A stretch of 63,520 bases of DNA, the filler included, from Diploschistes diacapsis (taxonomy: Eukaryota), in the NCBI GenBank assembly GCA_023645945.1. It is 20 parts of 20 records of this genome, joined end to end, with 100 filler letters (N's around TTAATTAATTAA, not from the genome) between each part and the next. Parts side by side here need not be neighbours in the genome. Positions count along the whole stretch, not along the records: positions 8,332 to 32,475 come from JALAIB010000246.1; 19 more parts are not named here. One strand, given 5' to 3'. Under the pieces are notes generated by a model. The model did no database searches. It saw only the letters and a list, made by a program, of their open reading frames with translations, and was not told where the DNA came from. Of the stretch, positions 12,738-23,646 are shown in pieces. Position numbers and translations under genes: made by a program. Position 1 is the first letter of the stretch. Every line of letters begins with the position of its first letter.

Positions 12738-15554
12738 TCAATCTCCCCTCGCTACCTCTCCCATATTTCTGCGGTCTCTACCCAGTCTCGGCTCATCCTC
12801 TTTGCCCCCCAAAACCGGCCTCCACCCTCGCTGTCCCTTTTTCCAAGTCCCCATTTTAAGCCCCCACCAATGCTCGCCGTTGGGTATCAAGTCTCGTGTG
12901 CCGATGCTCTCTTTTCTCTCTTTCCTGCTGGACGCTACTGGCGTCGGACTGGAAGCACGCCTCTTCTCCGTCAAGCTACCTTCGTGCGCCTTTTGCTGAT
13001 GGAACTTGCTGGTAGGAACGGCCAGTGTTTTGCTCCTCCTTAATATAGGCTTATGGCTGCTGTGTGTGTGATTTGAACCAGATGACAGTCCTCGCTCGAA
13101 GTGTGGCCTTCGTCGAGTATTCGCAAATTTTGATGGGAGTAGCTCCAATGTATCGAGGGCGATTATGACGCTTTCCGACTCTGTATGTCTTGGCTTCGAT
13201 CTCATTTTGTGCGGTCGACTATTCTTCTTCCCATTATCGCCTTCTCTATTAGTAGCTAGACTCTGCTTCCCCCTGGTGGTTTTTGTACTATCCTCTTTGG
13301 CCACTAAGGTGTCTAAAGACTGCATACTGGGCGAGTCATGCACATCGTTCTCGGCTTCCGAGTCCCAAGCCATGGAAGCAAGCTCGTATACGGTAGGATG
13401 GAATAGCGTAGACGTGGGGGTGAGTAGCAGCCAACAAGTGTCTTCCGAGCGAACACCGGAGCCTGCGATAAGAATCCTAGGCCTCGACTTAGACTTCTTT
13501 TCTAATGGAAAAGATGGTGTCGGTTCTTTAGGTGGTGGCGTCGGTGGACGTGAAGGAAGCTTAGAGAAGCTCAACGTTGATGTGAAGTTGTTGGGGCTGT
13601 AAGTAAGTGCAGGGAGTTGGTAGTCGGAGTCCAAAAGGGACTCGGTGGCTTTGCTCTGTACATTCTCGTTGCTGATTACAGGGGAAAGGGGTGCGGCGGA
13701 GGAATCTGGATAAGAAAACCCACTCTGGATCTGAGTCGATAGCGGATTCACGGATGACATCGGATTCATAGCCATGGTCCTAGACTTTCGTGACTTTGTT
13801 AGCTTAAAGCAGACACATGAATTCATTGGAAGGCCCCATGTTTGTAGGATATCATCGGCTTGAGCAAGGCCTTCGTCAGCGGTGAAGCGTTGATTCGGAA
13901 ATTTGTTGAGACCGTGACGAACGAGCTGTATAAATGAAGCCAAAACGTCAAGGTAGCGAAAGAGGTGACGTTCATCCCGATCAGGTCGGTTGCTCTTCGG
14001 GCCGCTGGTGAGGGACGTGGTCAACACCTTGAGCATCTTTTCTTTGTCCTTTGGTTCCGATTGTCGAACTAGACCATTCAACCATATCTGGATGGCAGGA
14101 AGATTGGAATGAAACGAGCTCATACTAGAATGACCGTTTCTGTCAAGGTGCGCATGGAGAGAGGAAGAAGAGTACTTGTCAGATGCGCGGCAAATTGAGG
14201 TGAAGAGACTTAGCACCTCGATGATAATCGTGCAAAGCGAAAATATGTCTGATTGAAAGGGCGTCGTAGTCGCAGGGATATTAGAGAGACGGACAGGTCC
14301 TGGTGACGCACTGATTTGACCATCGTGATGATGGTAGTTTGTTCGAAGAGATCCTTTTCTTGAACTTGTCAATGCCTTCGGAAAGTCGCTGGGTAACGAT
14401 GTTGAGGTTTGGAGAGTACCTCGTTGAACTCTGCCCTTCAAAGCACGCTCGCCACTCAGTAATGCATTGCGAGAGTTTGGACTCTCCGCTGGAGGAAAGT
14501 GCTTCATATGGCTACCTCTCGATGATGAGACTGATGGTTGCGACGCCTTCATCTCATGTCTGAGATAGGGCATGGAGGCGCTTCTAATATGGAGACTTGG
14601 CAATGCGGGAACGGAGTCATCCCGAGGTGCCTGCTTGTCCCATTGCTCTGGCGCGCCGTATTGGTAGACTTCCTTCACCCGTGTAAGGACCTCATCCTCA
14701 AGAGCGCCAATAGCAGCATGCGGGCCAAGAGCAATAGCATTGTCACCAGTCACAAAGATATTCGATGGCCTAATTGCTTGATGCGCCGATCCATTCTGAT
14801 GCAAGTGCGTCACGGCTGCAATCAAGCAGCGGATCCATTGCAGTAGTTGATCCAACTGGTCAAGCTTCTGCATCTCCTTGAAGGACTTTGGCGGCTCTTC
14901 CAGGAAAGATTTCAGACTCAATTTCGGGCAAGGGCTTAACAAAGCGTATCCCTGATTCGAATGAGAGTATGTCGAGAAGACAGAGAAAACATTGGGGTGG
15001 GAGAGCTTCTGAAGCGTTTGATAGTATTGAATCAAGTCCCATCTATCTTCGTTACTCCTTGTATTTAAGGAGATGCGCCATTTTGTCAATTCTGCCTTGC
15101 CCATGGCGACCCTGTCAAAACTTTCATTATCAACTTTGTTATTCTTCGATTTTTCCAGGACTTCCAAAGGCACTACATCATGTTCCTCGTAATCAACGTG
15201 CCCCCCTTTTTGGATCGCCTGGACCATATAAGAGAACTGTCGATGATAAAATTTCTTTTCACGACTATAAGATAAACCTAATGAATGTAAGTGCTCTCTG
15301 GGAAGTGGAAGATCTGAATCATCAACAGATTGGTCAACGAAGCCAAAGATGTGCTCGCTACATCCAATATCTAGCAATATTGAGAAGAGACGCTGGCCTT
15401 TAGACACGATCCAATCGCCATATGTAAGGTCAGTTAGTCCTTCGCCAAAGGCGAGAGGCTCGGCGATGGATTGCCGTTTGTTCCTAGGAAGATGCTTGAA
15501 GATGTAGTCGCGAGTCACTGAGGATCTGATCCATTCGTCGCTGTACCATGCCAT
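12738..15554 (-). CDS. Protein kinase-like (probable pseudokinase) with long low-complexity C-terminus, ~938 aa
   Basis: Long ORF, first ATG gives MAWYSDEW; LSHPNV, HQAIRPSNIFV (catalytic Asp replaced), no DFG, YGAPEQW, SDIFSL. Confidence 0.85.
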   Translation of the reverse strand: MAWYSDEWIRSSVTRDYIFKHLPRNKRQSIAEPLAFGEGLTDLTYGDWIVSKGQRLFSILLDIGCSEHIFGFVDQSVDDSDLPLPREHLHSLGLSYSREKKFYHRQFSYMVQAIQKGGHVDYEEHDVVPLEVLEKSKNNKVDNESFDRVAMGKAELTKWRISLNTRSNEDRWDLIQYYQTLQKLSHPNVFSVFSTYSHSNQGYALLSPCPKLSLKSFLEEPPKSFKEMQKLDQLDQLLQWIRCLIAAVTHLHQNGSAHQAIRPSNIFVTGDNAIALGPHAAIGALEDEVLTRVKEVYQYGAPEQWDKQAPRDDSVPALPSLHIRSASMPYLRHEMKASQPSVSSSRGSHMKHFPPAESPNSRNALLSGERALKGRVQRGTLQTSTSLPSDFPKALTSSRKGSLRTNYHHHDGQISASPGPVRLSNIPATTTPFQSDIFSLCTIIIEVLSLFTSICRASDKYSSSSLHAHLDRNGHSSMSSFHSNLPAIQIWLNGLVRQSEPKDKEKMLKVLTTSLTSGPKSNRPDRDERHLFRYLDVLASFIQLVRHGLNKFPNQRFTADEGLAQADDILQTWGLPMNSCVCFKLTKSRKSRTMAMNPMSSVNPLSTQIQSGFSYPDSSAAPLSPVISNENVQSKATESLLDSDYQLPALTYSPNNFTSTLSFSKLPSRPPTPPPKEPTPSFPLEKKSKSRPRILIAGSGVRSEDTCWLLLTPTSTLFHPTVYELASMAWDSEAENDVHDSPSMQSLDTLVAKEDSTKTTRGKQSLATNREGDNGKKNSRPHKMRSKPRHTESESVIIALDTLELLPSKFANTRRRPHFERGLSSGSNHTHSSHKPILRRSKTLAVPTSKFHQQKAHEGSLTEKRRASSPTPVASSRKERKESIGTRDLIPNGEHWWGLKMGTWKKGQRGWRPVLGGKEDEPRLGRDRRNMGEVARGD

Positions 15555-18048
15555 GATTGCAGTGAAAAAGAGACTGAGAGCTTCAAGAATTGGGCTTTCG
15601 AAAGCATGCCAATTAAAGAGGAAACAAGCCGTGTCTGAACAGAAAGTCAAATCGAATGCATCTCAAGCAAGGCAAGACAAGAAGTAGAACACCAACCTCG
15701 ATGTATATAAGATACATTAAACTCACATCGCAGGCCAGACTAGTTCAGTCCGAAAATCACCGATCATATTGCGACCACGTCGAGATGAGCCGGTTCTTAT
15801 CCATGAAGAGGCGTATTTCTCATTCGGCTTCAAAACGATCATGCGCGAATCCTCAAAGGATGCCTGATGTGACCAAACCTAGACCAATAACATAGCGGTG
15901 GATCAGGATAGCTGTTTCATGGTACACTACTATGGTGACCCGAAAGTTGCAAAGGTAGCTCATAACCTTTTGTCTCTACCAGTATGCGGCTCTAGTGAAC
16001 ACTTTCAGTTACAGGAAATGACCCATGGATACCGCATTGCTTAACCGGCCGACCACGGGAAACTAGGACTTGGGACGACGTGTTCCCTAATGGTTTGCAA
16101 TACTGAGGACTCTACGATAATACATGGCATATGAGGCCTATTCTCTGCAAAGAAATTAGCATTGTGACTTGCATAGAAAATTGATCCTAACCCAACGGCA
16201 ACCCTCCGCTATGAGCGCACAAGTAAATATTTTGTTTACAGGAATTAAAAACAACATCGAAATGGCGAATCAAGTACCTGAAGAGAGTTTTGAAGGGGGC
16301 TTTGCAATGCACACTAGTACAGAGGATGCATATGTTGAGGTTCCATCTCTAGTTGAGTGAGCCACTGCCACATCGCCAGGTCCCTGATGCACAATACTTG
16401 TAGCTGACACATGACCAACATGCCCTTCAGAGGTTTCAAAACATGGGCTAGAGCATTGCGTGGCAGATTGCAGATTTGACGTCTTTGTTGCATCTTATGC
16501 TGCGCTATGATGAGAAGGAAGAAGATGAGGTTGAAAGTGCGCGCGGTAGTCACGTGCGCGGAATGGGGCTTAGTGAGCGCCAAGCCACTAACCAAACCTG
16601 GCTGGATGACGCAAGCTTAGTCCAACGGTGCACATCGACCGTTCATCCCTTATTTCCTTCCGTGAAAGAGTGCAGTAACTATGCCAGATTTTCCCTTCCC
16701 TGTCTAGTCACCCACTGCATCGAAGTGGGATTGGAAACTTGCAGAAAGTACAATGTCGAATCCCACAGATACTCGCACTCTCCACGATCGAACACGATCT
16801 GCCCCTACCTTACCAGTCCCATCCGAGCGCAACCCTTATCTACAGCCGAAACGGCCTCAATTAGCGTCAGCAGAGCAGTCGCAGCCCATTGCAAATCATG
16901 TCAGAGCCTCGTCTCTGTCGTCCGATTCCAAACCAGTCATGACCTCGCCTCGAAACGGTGAACAAGGCGACCCGGCCTCGCAGCGCGGGCAGGATAAAGA
17001 TATTTATGCCTATTTCAAGGGCTCAGTCATCGTATCCATGCTGATTCGAAATTGGCCTGGCTAGTACTGGGCCCATGATTTCTTCGAGGCTATATCAAGG
17101 CTCAAGAGCCACGGAAAGCCGAATCGTGACTCTGAAAATATGAAACCCCTTGAGTTCTCGAGTGGGCAGACTTGCGGAGGGTGTGACCGAGATCCTTCGG
17201 CTAGATCCTTCGGGGGCTTTCTCGGAGCCTCCAGCAAGTTCACAACACTTTCGGGCTATTGCGACTCTTATGCTTCGATATTCGAAACAGCATCCTTTTG
17301 TACATTATTCAAAGCGCCAAGCAGAGCCTCGAATGAAAGACAAACGTTACATGAATACTCGAGGGGGCAAAAGTCACTGTTGTAGCTTCTTCTCGGTGGA
17401 TGAACAAGGGCCTTGAAAGTGTCGTGATACACAAAATGGCCGTGCCCCAAGTCAAGCATTGGTAAGCTTTGTATTACACGCCGACACAAGCTTCCGAAGC
17501 TGTGAAAAAGTTAGTGCCGCCGCATGATTGCGTGCAGGGAAGCTGGGAGCCTACCAGAGGATGTACGATAGCATCCGAAGATCTTTTCGATGTCAGCTAT
17601 CAAGCGCTTGCACGCCCCCCTGACTATATGGCATCAGGTTAGGTCGATGAAAACGACGATAGGATCGTCAACTTGCTGAAAAGGGCCTCCAACTTACCAG
17701 GCAACAAAGGGTCTCAATGGCATACAGAAAGCTTGTTTGAGTTAATGTACATCCGGAGCACTTTGAGCTGTTCTGCAATCATTTCATTGATTTGGCGCAT
17801 TCCCACCATATGTAGAATCTCCAGAAGCGATTTCTACCTAGTGCCTTGTCACGTAGGACCTACAAGTTGGGCTCTTATAAAAACTGAAGGACTAGTCGCC
17901 TGTATTGATTGAGCTGGGTATCATCGTCTATGTAGTCAGAAGGCCTATCCCTTGCCTGAGAAATAGCCACTGGGTTTCATATAGCCACCCTGCCTTCCCA
18001 ATTTCGCTCTCATCTATCATACAACGTCCGTCACCGATGTTTGCACGG

Positions 18049-20472
18049 TCACTGGAAAAAGCCATTGAAAGCTGGATCCTTGGGCAAAGAAAAGTCTCCT
18101 CCCTGAATGGCTGCCGACGGCTCATAGTTTTGAAGCAAACGATCCCACTCATTCCAGTCCATTTGGTTCGAGTCGAGGGGCATGGCTGCAAAATCCTGCA
18201 CGCCGGTGGACGGATCGAATGCAGGCTCCATAGCTATGGAGCCGAAATTTGCGGTGTATGCTAGCGTTCCACTGCTCATGGTGTTTGGGCTCAGCGTTGA
18301 CACTGCCGACGGGCTTTCCGAGCTGGTGTTGTCTACCGAGCGCTGTCTCGCGAGCCTTTGCTGGCGCAAGGCCAGGACGTAAAATGGTGGTGACGTGGCT
18401 AGCTGCGTTTGAGATCTGCGAGCAAATTCGGCCTCTCGGGCCTCCCACGCAGCAACGGTCAGATTGCCCACCGCAGTATGCAAAGGATTTCTTGTGTGCA
18501 GAAGATCGGGATGGTGCTCATAGACTTCGCCAACTTGCTGCCAGGCTCTCTCAACGAGCTCTCCAGTCGTTCGAAATCGTAACTCTCCCAAGAGTGTGAT
18601 GAAGCTATGCCATTGGAAATGGGAATTGATGTGCCATAGGAATCGCTGTGCGTTCTTGGTTGTGTGGCCTAAATTGTCATATTCGATGCCCTTGAGGCTC
18701 TCCTCAAACAAAATATTGCGAATGCTTTGTATGTTTGGATTGGCTTTGTCAGATGCCCTGCGAATACAATCCATGACTCTCCAACTACAGAGAATCGCTT
18801 GGGCAACCATGGAAGTAAAGAATTGAAGAGGATTCAAGGGATCCGCATTCTTCAAGAAACTATCATGCAAATGGGTTTCAAATTCATTCATCAGCTCCTC
18901 GAGTGACTTTTTGGGTGCCATGTCTGTCTTCTGGTCGGTGCCAGACTCGGATGAGAGATGCGGTTTGTAGATATATTTGAAGTAGCGGCCAATGGAGCTT
19001 CTAAGCATAACGAAGCACATCTCGGTAGTCCCCTCCCGCTCTACTGGAGGCTCCGTCATTTCTGGATATAGATCATCATCGTTGATATTCAATGGTCTCT
19101 TTGTATCGCCGAAAGCGATGGCTGTCAAACCAGCTCCACAGACTTCTGCGGCACGAACGTCAATCAGCATAGTCTGCCACCACAGCCGGCGCCGCATCTC
19201 AACTTCAAAAGGTGGCAAGTTATAGTTGGAGCCGTCTTTATGAATGCCAATTCTCTGGGCGATCCGAGCTGCAAGGCCAGATATGGCCCAAAAAGTGCGC
19301 GCATCGTAGTAGGGCCGTACTGCGAGCTAATTATCGTTAGTAAACGCTGTTAACTGACGACATCGAAAGGCCTTTACCAAGTATACCACGAAAGCTTGCA
19401 AGACTGTCATATCCGAAGACTTGAGATAGCTGGCATTGAGCAAAGCCTTTTGCGCAGCGTATTTGTATCTGCCGATAAGCGCGGCTTTTGGCTCCCCAAG
19501 CATACTAATGCATTCTTGTTCTGTCAAAGAAGTCGCTGCGGCTAGATATATTGCGAACAAAAGAGCGCTAACCCCTCGCCCTAGCGAATCAAGATTCTGA
19601 ATTGATTCATTGACCAAAGCTTGAGTCGTTGGGCCGTGGATCACCTTGATAAGAGGATTGACATTCTCCGCAAAAGCCGTCCATAGAAATGATATTTCAG
19701 CTGGGTGAGGGTGCAAGGTACGCAGCGCACTTTTTGAGATAGATGTTCCAAAAGTAAGGTCAGCCTCATCAGGATCCGCCAGAGGATTGCTTGCCGGTAT
19801 GAACGACGGCTCTTCGTCGGAGGACTCTTCGTCCAGTAATTCTTGAGTATCCTTAAGCTGTAGATAGTTTGTCAGCCTCAAAGGGATGTTGTACAGAAGC
19901 GGATGATCGCTGAGAAACGCACCTGCTCGTAAATTTTGTTCCATAATTTGCTACATACGTTAGCTCTCTTAGTCTTGACGAGACTAAAGCCTATCGTACT
20001 TCTCAATGTATCTCGACTTTCCGTGTCCAGAGACTAGTTGGCCAGGAACTATTTGTGTTGTTGTTGGGGGGAGCACTTTGGGTTCTTCGGCCAAGTTGAG
20101 ACTGTTGTGAAGTTGCATAGGTATAGTATTGAAGTCTTCTGACGCTTTAGTAGACGCATCACCCCTCGAGCTCATATCATCGAACTCGGGATTCTCGTTT
20201 CTTGAAACCGCGGTCTTCAGAAGCTCCTCGAGCCGGCCGAGTCTCGCACGCAGGCTCACTTCTGTTGCCCTGTTGTGCCGTCGTCGAGGGGCCTGACGGG
20301 TACGGTACGTGCAGGCAACTCGAGCTTTTGTACAGGCCGCGCATGGCCGCTGCCTATCGCACTTGACTTTCCGCTGCTGGCAAAAGATACAAGCAAGGCC
20401 TCTCGGAGCTGGGGTAGCCTGAGGTTCAGGGCTGGACGCGGGCGAGGCAGGCTTGTCCGATTGAAGGGACAT
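18049..20472 (-). CDS. Zn(II)2Cys6 transcription factor with fungal-specific TF domain (introns 19999-19951, 19922-19858, 19377-19327)
   Basis: ACIFCQQRKVKCDRQRPCAACTKARVAC; spliced product gives ARIAQRIGIHKDG and PFEVEMRRRLWW; canonical GT/branch/AG signals. Confidence 0.95.
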
Positions 20473-21368
20473 GGCCTGCGAAATAAAGAATGATCAGAAT
20501 ATAGATTCAAGGGCGGCCGACCATTGGAGATAATTCGCATTTAAGTAAGTTGAATCTATGCGAATTAGACTCGACTCGACTTGATATCACGACCCGTCCT
20601 CCGTAGGCATCAACATATAGAACAATAGACTGACTATATATCTCAAATGACTCACGTTGCAACACCCATAGCACGCGTGTCTCACAGGTGTGTTACATAC
20701 TGGCTGAATTGACGGCACCGAGTAATAATGACGCGCACACGCTGCTATATCTGTAGAAATTCGAAATCCTGCAACTCAATTAACGAGAGGTTTGTATTTG
20801 GGCTTGGGCCATTTGCACTTGCTTAATTAGCGGGTAGATGCAAGTAATCTTCGACACCGGCTCTCGGTCTTGTAGATTACCCGAGGCGCTGAGCCCTCTA
20901 TCTATATGACCTGCAGTGTGATCCAATTATTAGCACGTCAAGCGGTAAAACACCACTCATCGGCTGCTGAATCGTAGGCTAAGGCCAATGATAACACCTA
21001 TCAATATATATTCAATAGATATTAACAGTAGTGGAAGTTGTACAGGCCCCAATGCAGTCCAGATGTTGGCAGATGAGCGCTAGTAACGTCATCTGTCAGG
21101 TAAGTAAGACCAACGACAGCATGTGTGCCAAAGTTATACTAAAAGCAGGAATACCAACAATTAAAACAGCGCGGGAGGTTGTAGGCAGGCAGTGGATCAT
21201 ACCTTTTTGGTTCTTCCCTTTGAATGAGCAGAACACCGCGGCTTTACTTGGACCCTCACGAAACCAGTCACTTCGGTGCTGTTTAGCCGACAAAACTAGA
21301 TTAATGACAGCCTTGTGCCTTCTATATACATTTGTAGGTCGTACATAAGTAGCATATGAAAATATCGA

Positions 21369-22780
21369 TTAGTACCCCTTGGGGGGGAACATGCCATCCG
21401 GGATTTCAACTCCATCGTTGTAAATGACACTTGTTGCGTTAGCCCACTGACTCTTCACAGCTGGCAGCACTGTCCTCCCGTTCATCGTCATCGTAAGGTT
21501 GGGCGCTGGGAACGGAACGTTGGCGGATTTGCTGTTGAATGGTCCAGCGTAGCTTTCGTTCAGATACACTGTAGGGTTCGAACCAGTAACGGCGTCCCAA
21601 GTCCGTATCTGGTCACAGGTATGGTTGGCAACCATTGAAAACACGTTCGCACCGACGTCCCATCGACCAAGAGTATTTAAATTCCAATTAGCCTCCACCG
21701 TGGCTATCTCCGAATAATGATCATAGAAAGTCGCATCCTTCGACCCAACAAGGTTTGCAGGGACTGCATCTCCTAACAGGAGGGCTAGGACACGGTTCTG
21801 TTCCGTGTAGGTATGATTTTCGTCGAATGTCACGAGCACAAGAGTTCTTTGCATGAATTTCTTGTTATTCAGAAGTGGCTCAAGGAAGTTGCGGGTCCAG
21901 CTACCAGCAACAGTAACGGAAGAATCATGGCCGTCAGAAGTCATGTTGGGCGTGATAAATAGCCACAGTAGGAGTATAAGCCATGTTTGTACAGAATCAG
22001 TAGGAAGTTAGACATACCTGGGGAAGCTTGTTCTCCTGCAGATCTTTATAAAACATGGTCGTATTCTTGATTTGCGCGATGCGGTCTGTGTACTGAGTGT
22101 TCGAGTTGTAAAGGATTGGCGGGTTGTGCTTTCGGACATAGTCATGAGCGCCAGAGAGTTGGTTCACCCAGGCAGAGCCCTCGAAGCCAGAGAATGGCAT
22201 ATCCTCTTGATAAGCCCCCCAACTGATGCCCTTAGCTTCCAGTAGATCAATAACGCTGCTCACGTTCTTCGGGATCTGATTAAAGTTGTCATTGCTGGGC
22301 GACTGCGGTAAGTATTGGAATACCAAAGCGTCTCTCAGGATGTCTTACTCCATGCCAAAGTTGTCGCCTCCCAGACTAGCACAGTAATTGGGCTCTTCGC
22401 CAAGTATTAGCCATCATTAACAAACACTTATTTGAGTCCACCAACCGGATGGATGAGTGACACCGAAATAATTCTCGAGGGTAATGCCTTTCGAAGCGAG
22501 CCATGCCAAATTTGCTAGAATGATGTCAGAAGACATTCCATGGTCGCATCGATACAGACTCACGGTCTCCAACTGCCATAGAATAGTCGGTGTTCTCAAG
22601 CCAGATGATGGCTATTCGATCAAACGCCTTTCCATGTACTTTGCTAGTCGGACTCTTCGTGAGGGCTGTGGCTTGTGCTGCGTAGACCTCAGATGGACTG
22701 GTAGCTGTATACTGGTCTTGCGCATACGCTCCATTGGCAGCAGCCAATAGGCCGATAGCGGTACAAGCAAAGATCAACAT
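21369..22780 (-). CDS. Secretory-pathway acid phosphatase, phosphoesterase family (phosphate-repressible PhoA-like), multi-exon
   Basis: Signal peptide MLIFACTAIGLLAAA; GKAFDRIAIIWLENTDY, NYFGVTHPS, YQEDMP, YVRKHNPP, TPNMTSDGHD, LVTFDEN, YDHYSEIATVEANW motifs across several ORFs. Confidence 0.92.
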
Positions 22781-23646
22781 GCTGCAAAAAAGCAATACTT
22801 TAAGACAGTCGTCAAGAGAGAAAACTGGGCGACGTAAGAATGCCTTTGCCTGAAACTAATAGATTGTTAAGAATGATATGCTATGGGTGGGGAACGCAAT
22901 GATGATATATGGAAGCTAGCAAAACCAACCTCAGCAGGAAAGAACTTCTCGTTTTCAAGACTATCATCGCTTGACCCCGATGGAGTCTCTCCATCCCGAG
23001 GCTGTGGTCCAGACAGCGAGGACATGGACAACGAGACAACGGCAATTGGTGGACTGCAATATACGTATCGGCGCGATATTGGACTAAAAGGGCTGGCTAG
23101 GGATTTCAGGTATACGGAGCATTCCTAGACCGGCTCTCTAGCTGCAGAGTGGCCGCTCACATGTCTAGCGTTAAACTCCGAAGTTGAGAATGAACCTACA
23201 AAAGGAAGGTTGAAGATGAGGCAGGTAGAATATTGCCTACTGAGTTTCACATATGCAATGCCAGGTCATTCGTGCGAAGGGTAAACGTGTCGAAGTTGGA
23301 GTTTCCGATTTGCTGGTTGATTTCGTTAGTCCAGAAATTGCTTACTGTAATATACCTTATACTTTTGGAATAGATTACACATGCAAGGCAAGTTGAAGTA
23401 AGTCCCCCTCTTTTATATATAGACTACTAAGTATGATATTCAAGCAACACCAACCCGTGTGCACATACTCGGCGTCATCTAGGAAGTTGTCAATTAAGTA
23501 TCAGGTTTTGCATAGTAATCCGCTCTCTTTGGCAGGCGTGCGAGACACCCGCAGCTCATTTTAGTGGCAACCTATGGTGGCTGCTCTTCAAGTTTCTCTC
23601 ACCGAATCCGGATCATGGCATTTTTCTGTGATGTCCTCATTTTTCT

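Noticed and set aside
15656..17900. ORFs between the pseudokinase and the TF
   Set aside because: Overlapping short ORFs on both strands without motifs; no supportable gene model.
22781..23646. Pho4-, SreA- or HapX-type sites in the divergent promoter
   Set aside because: Only isolated short matches (e.g. one AACGTG near 23284), as expected by chance.
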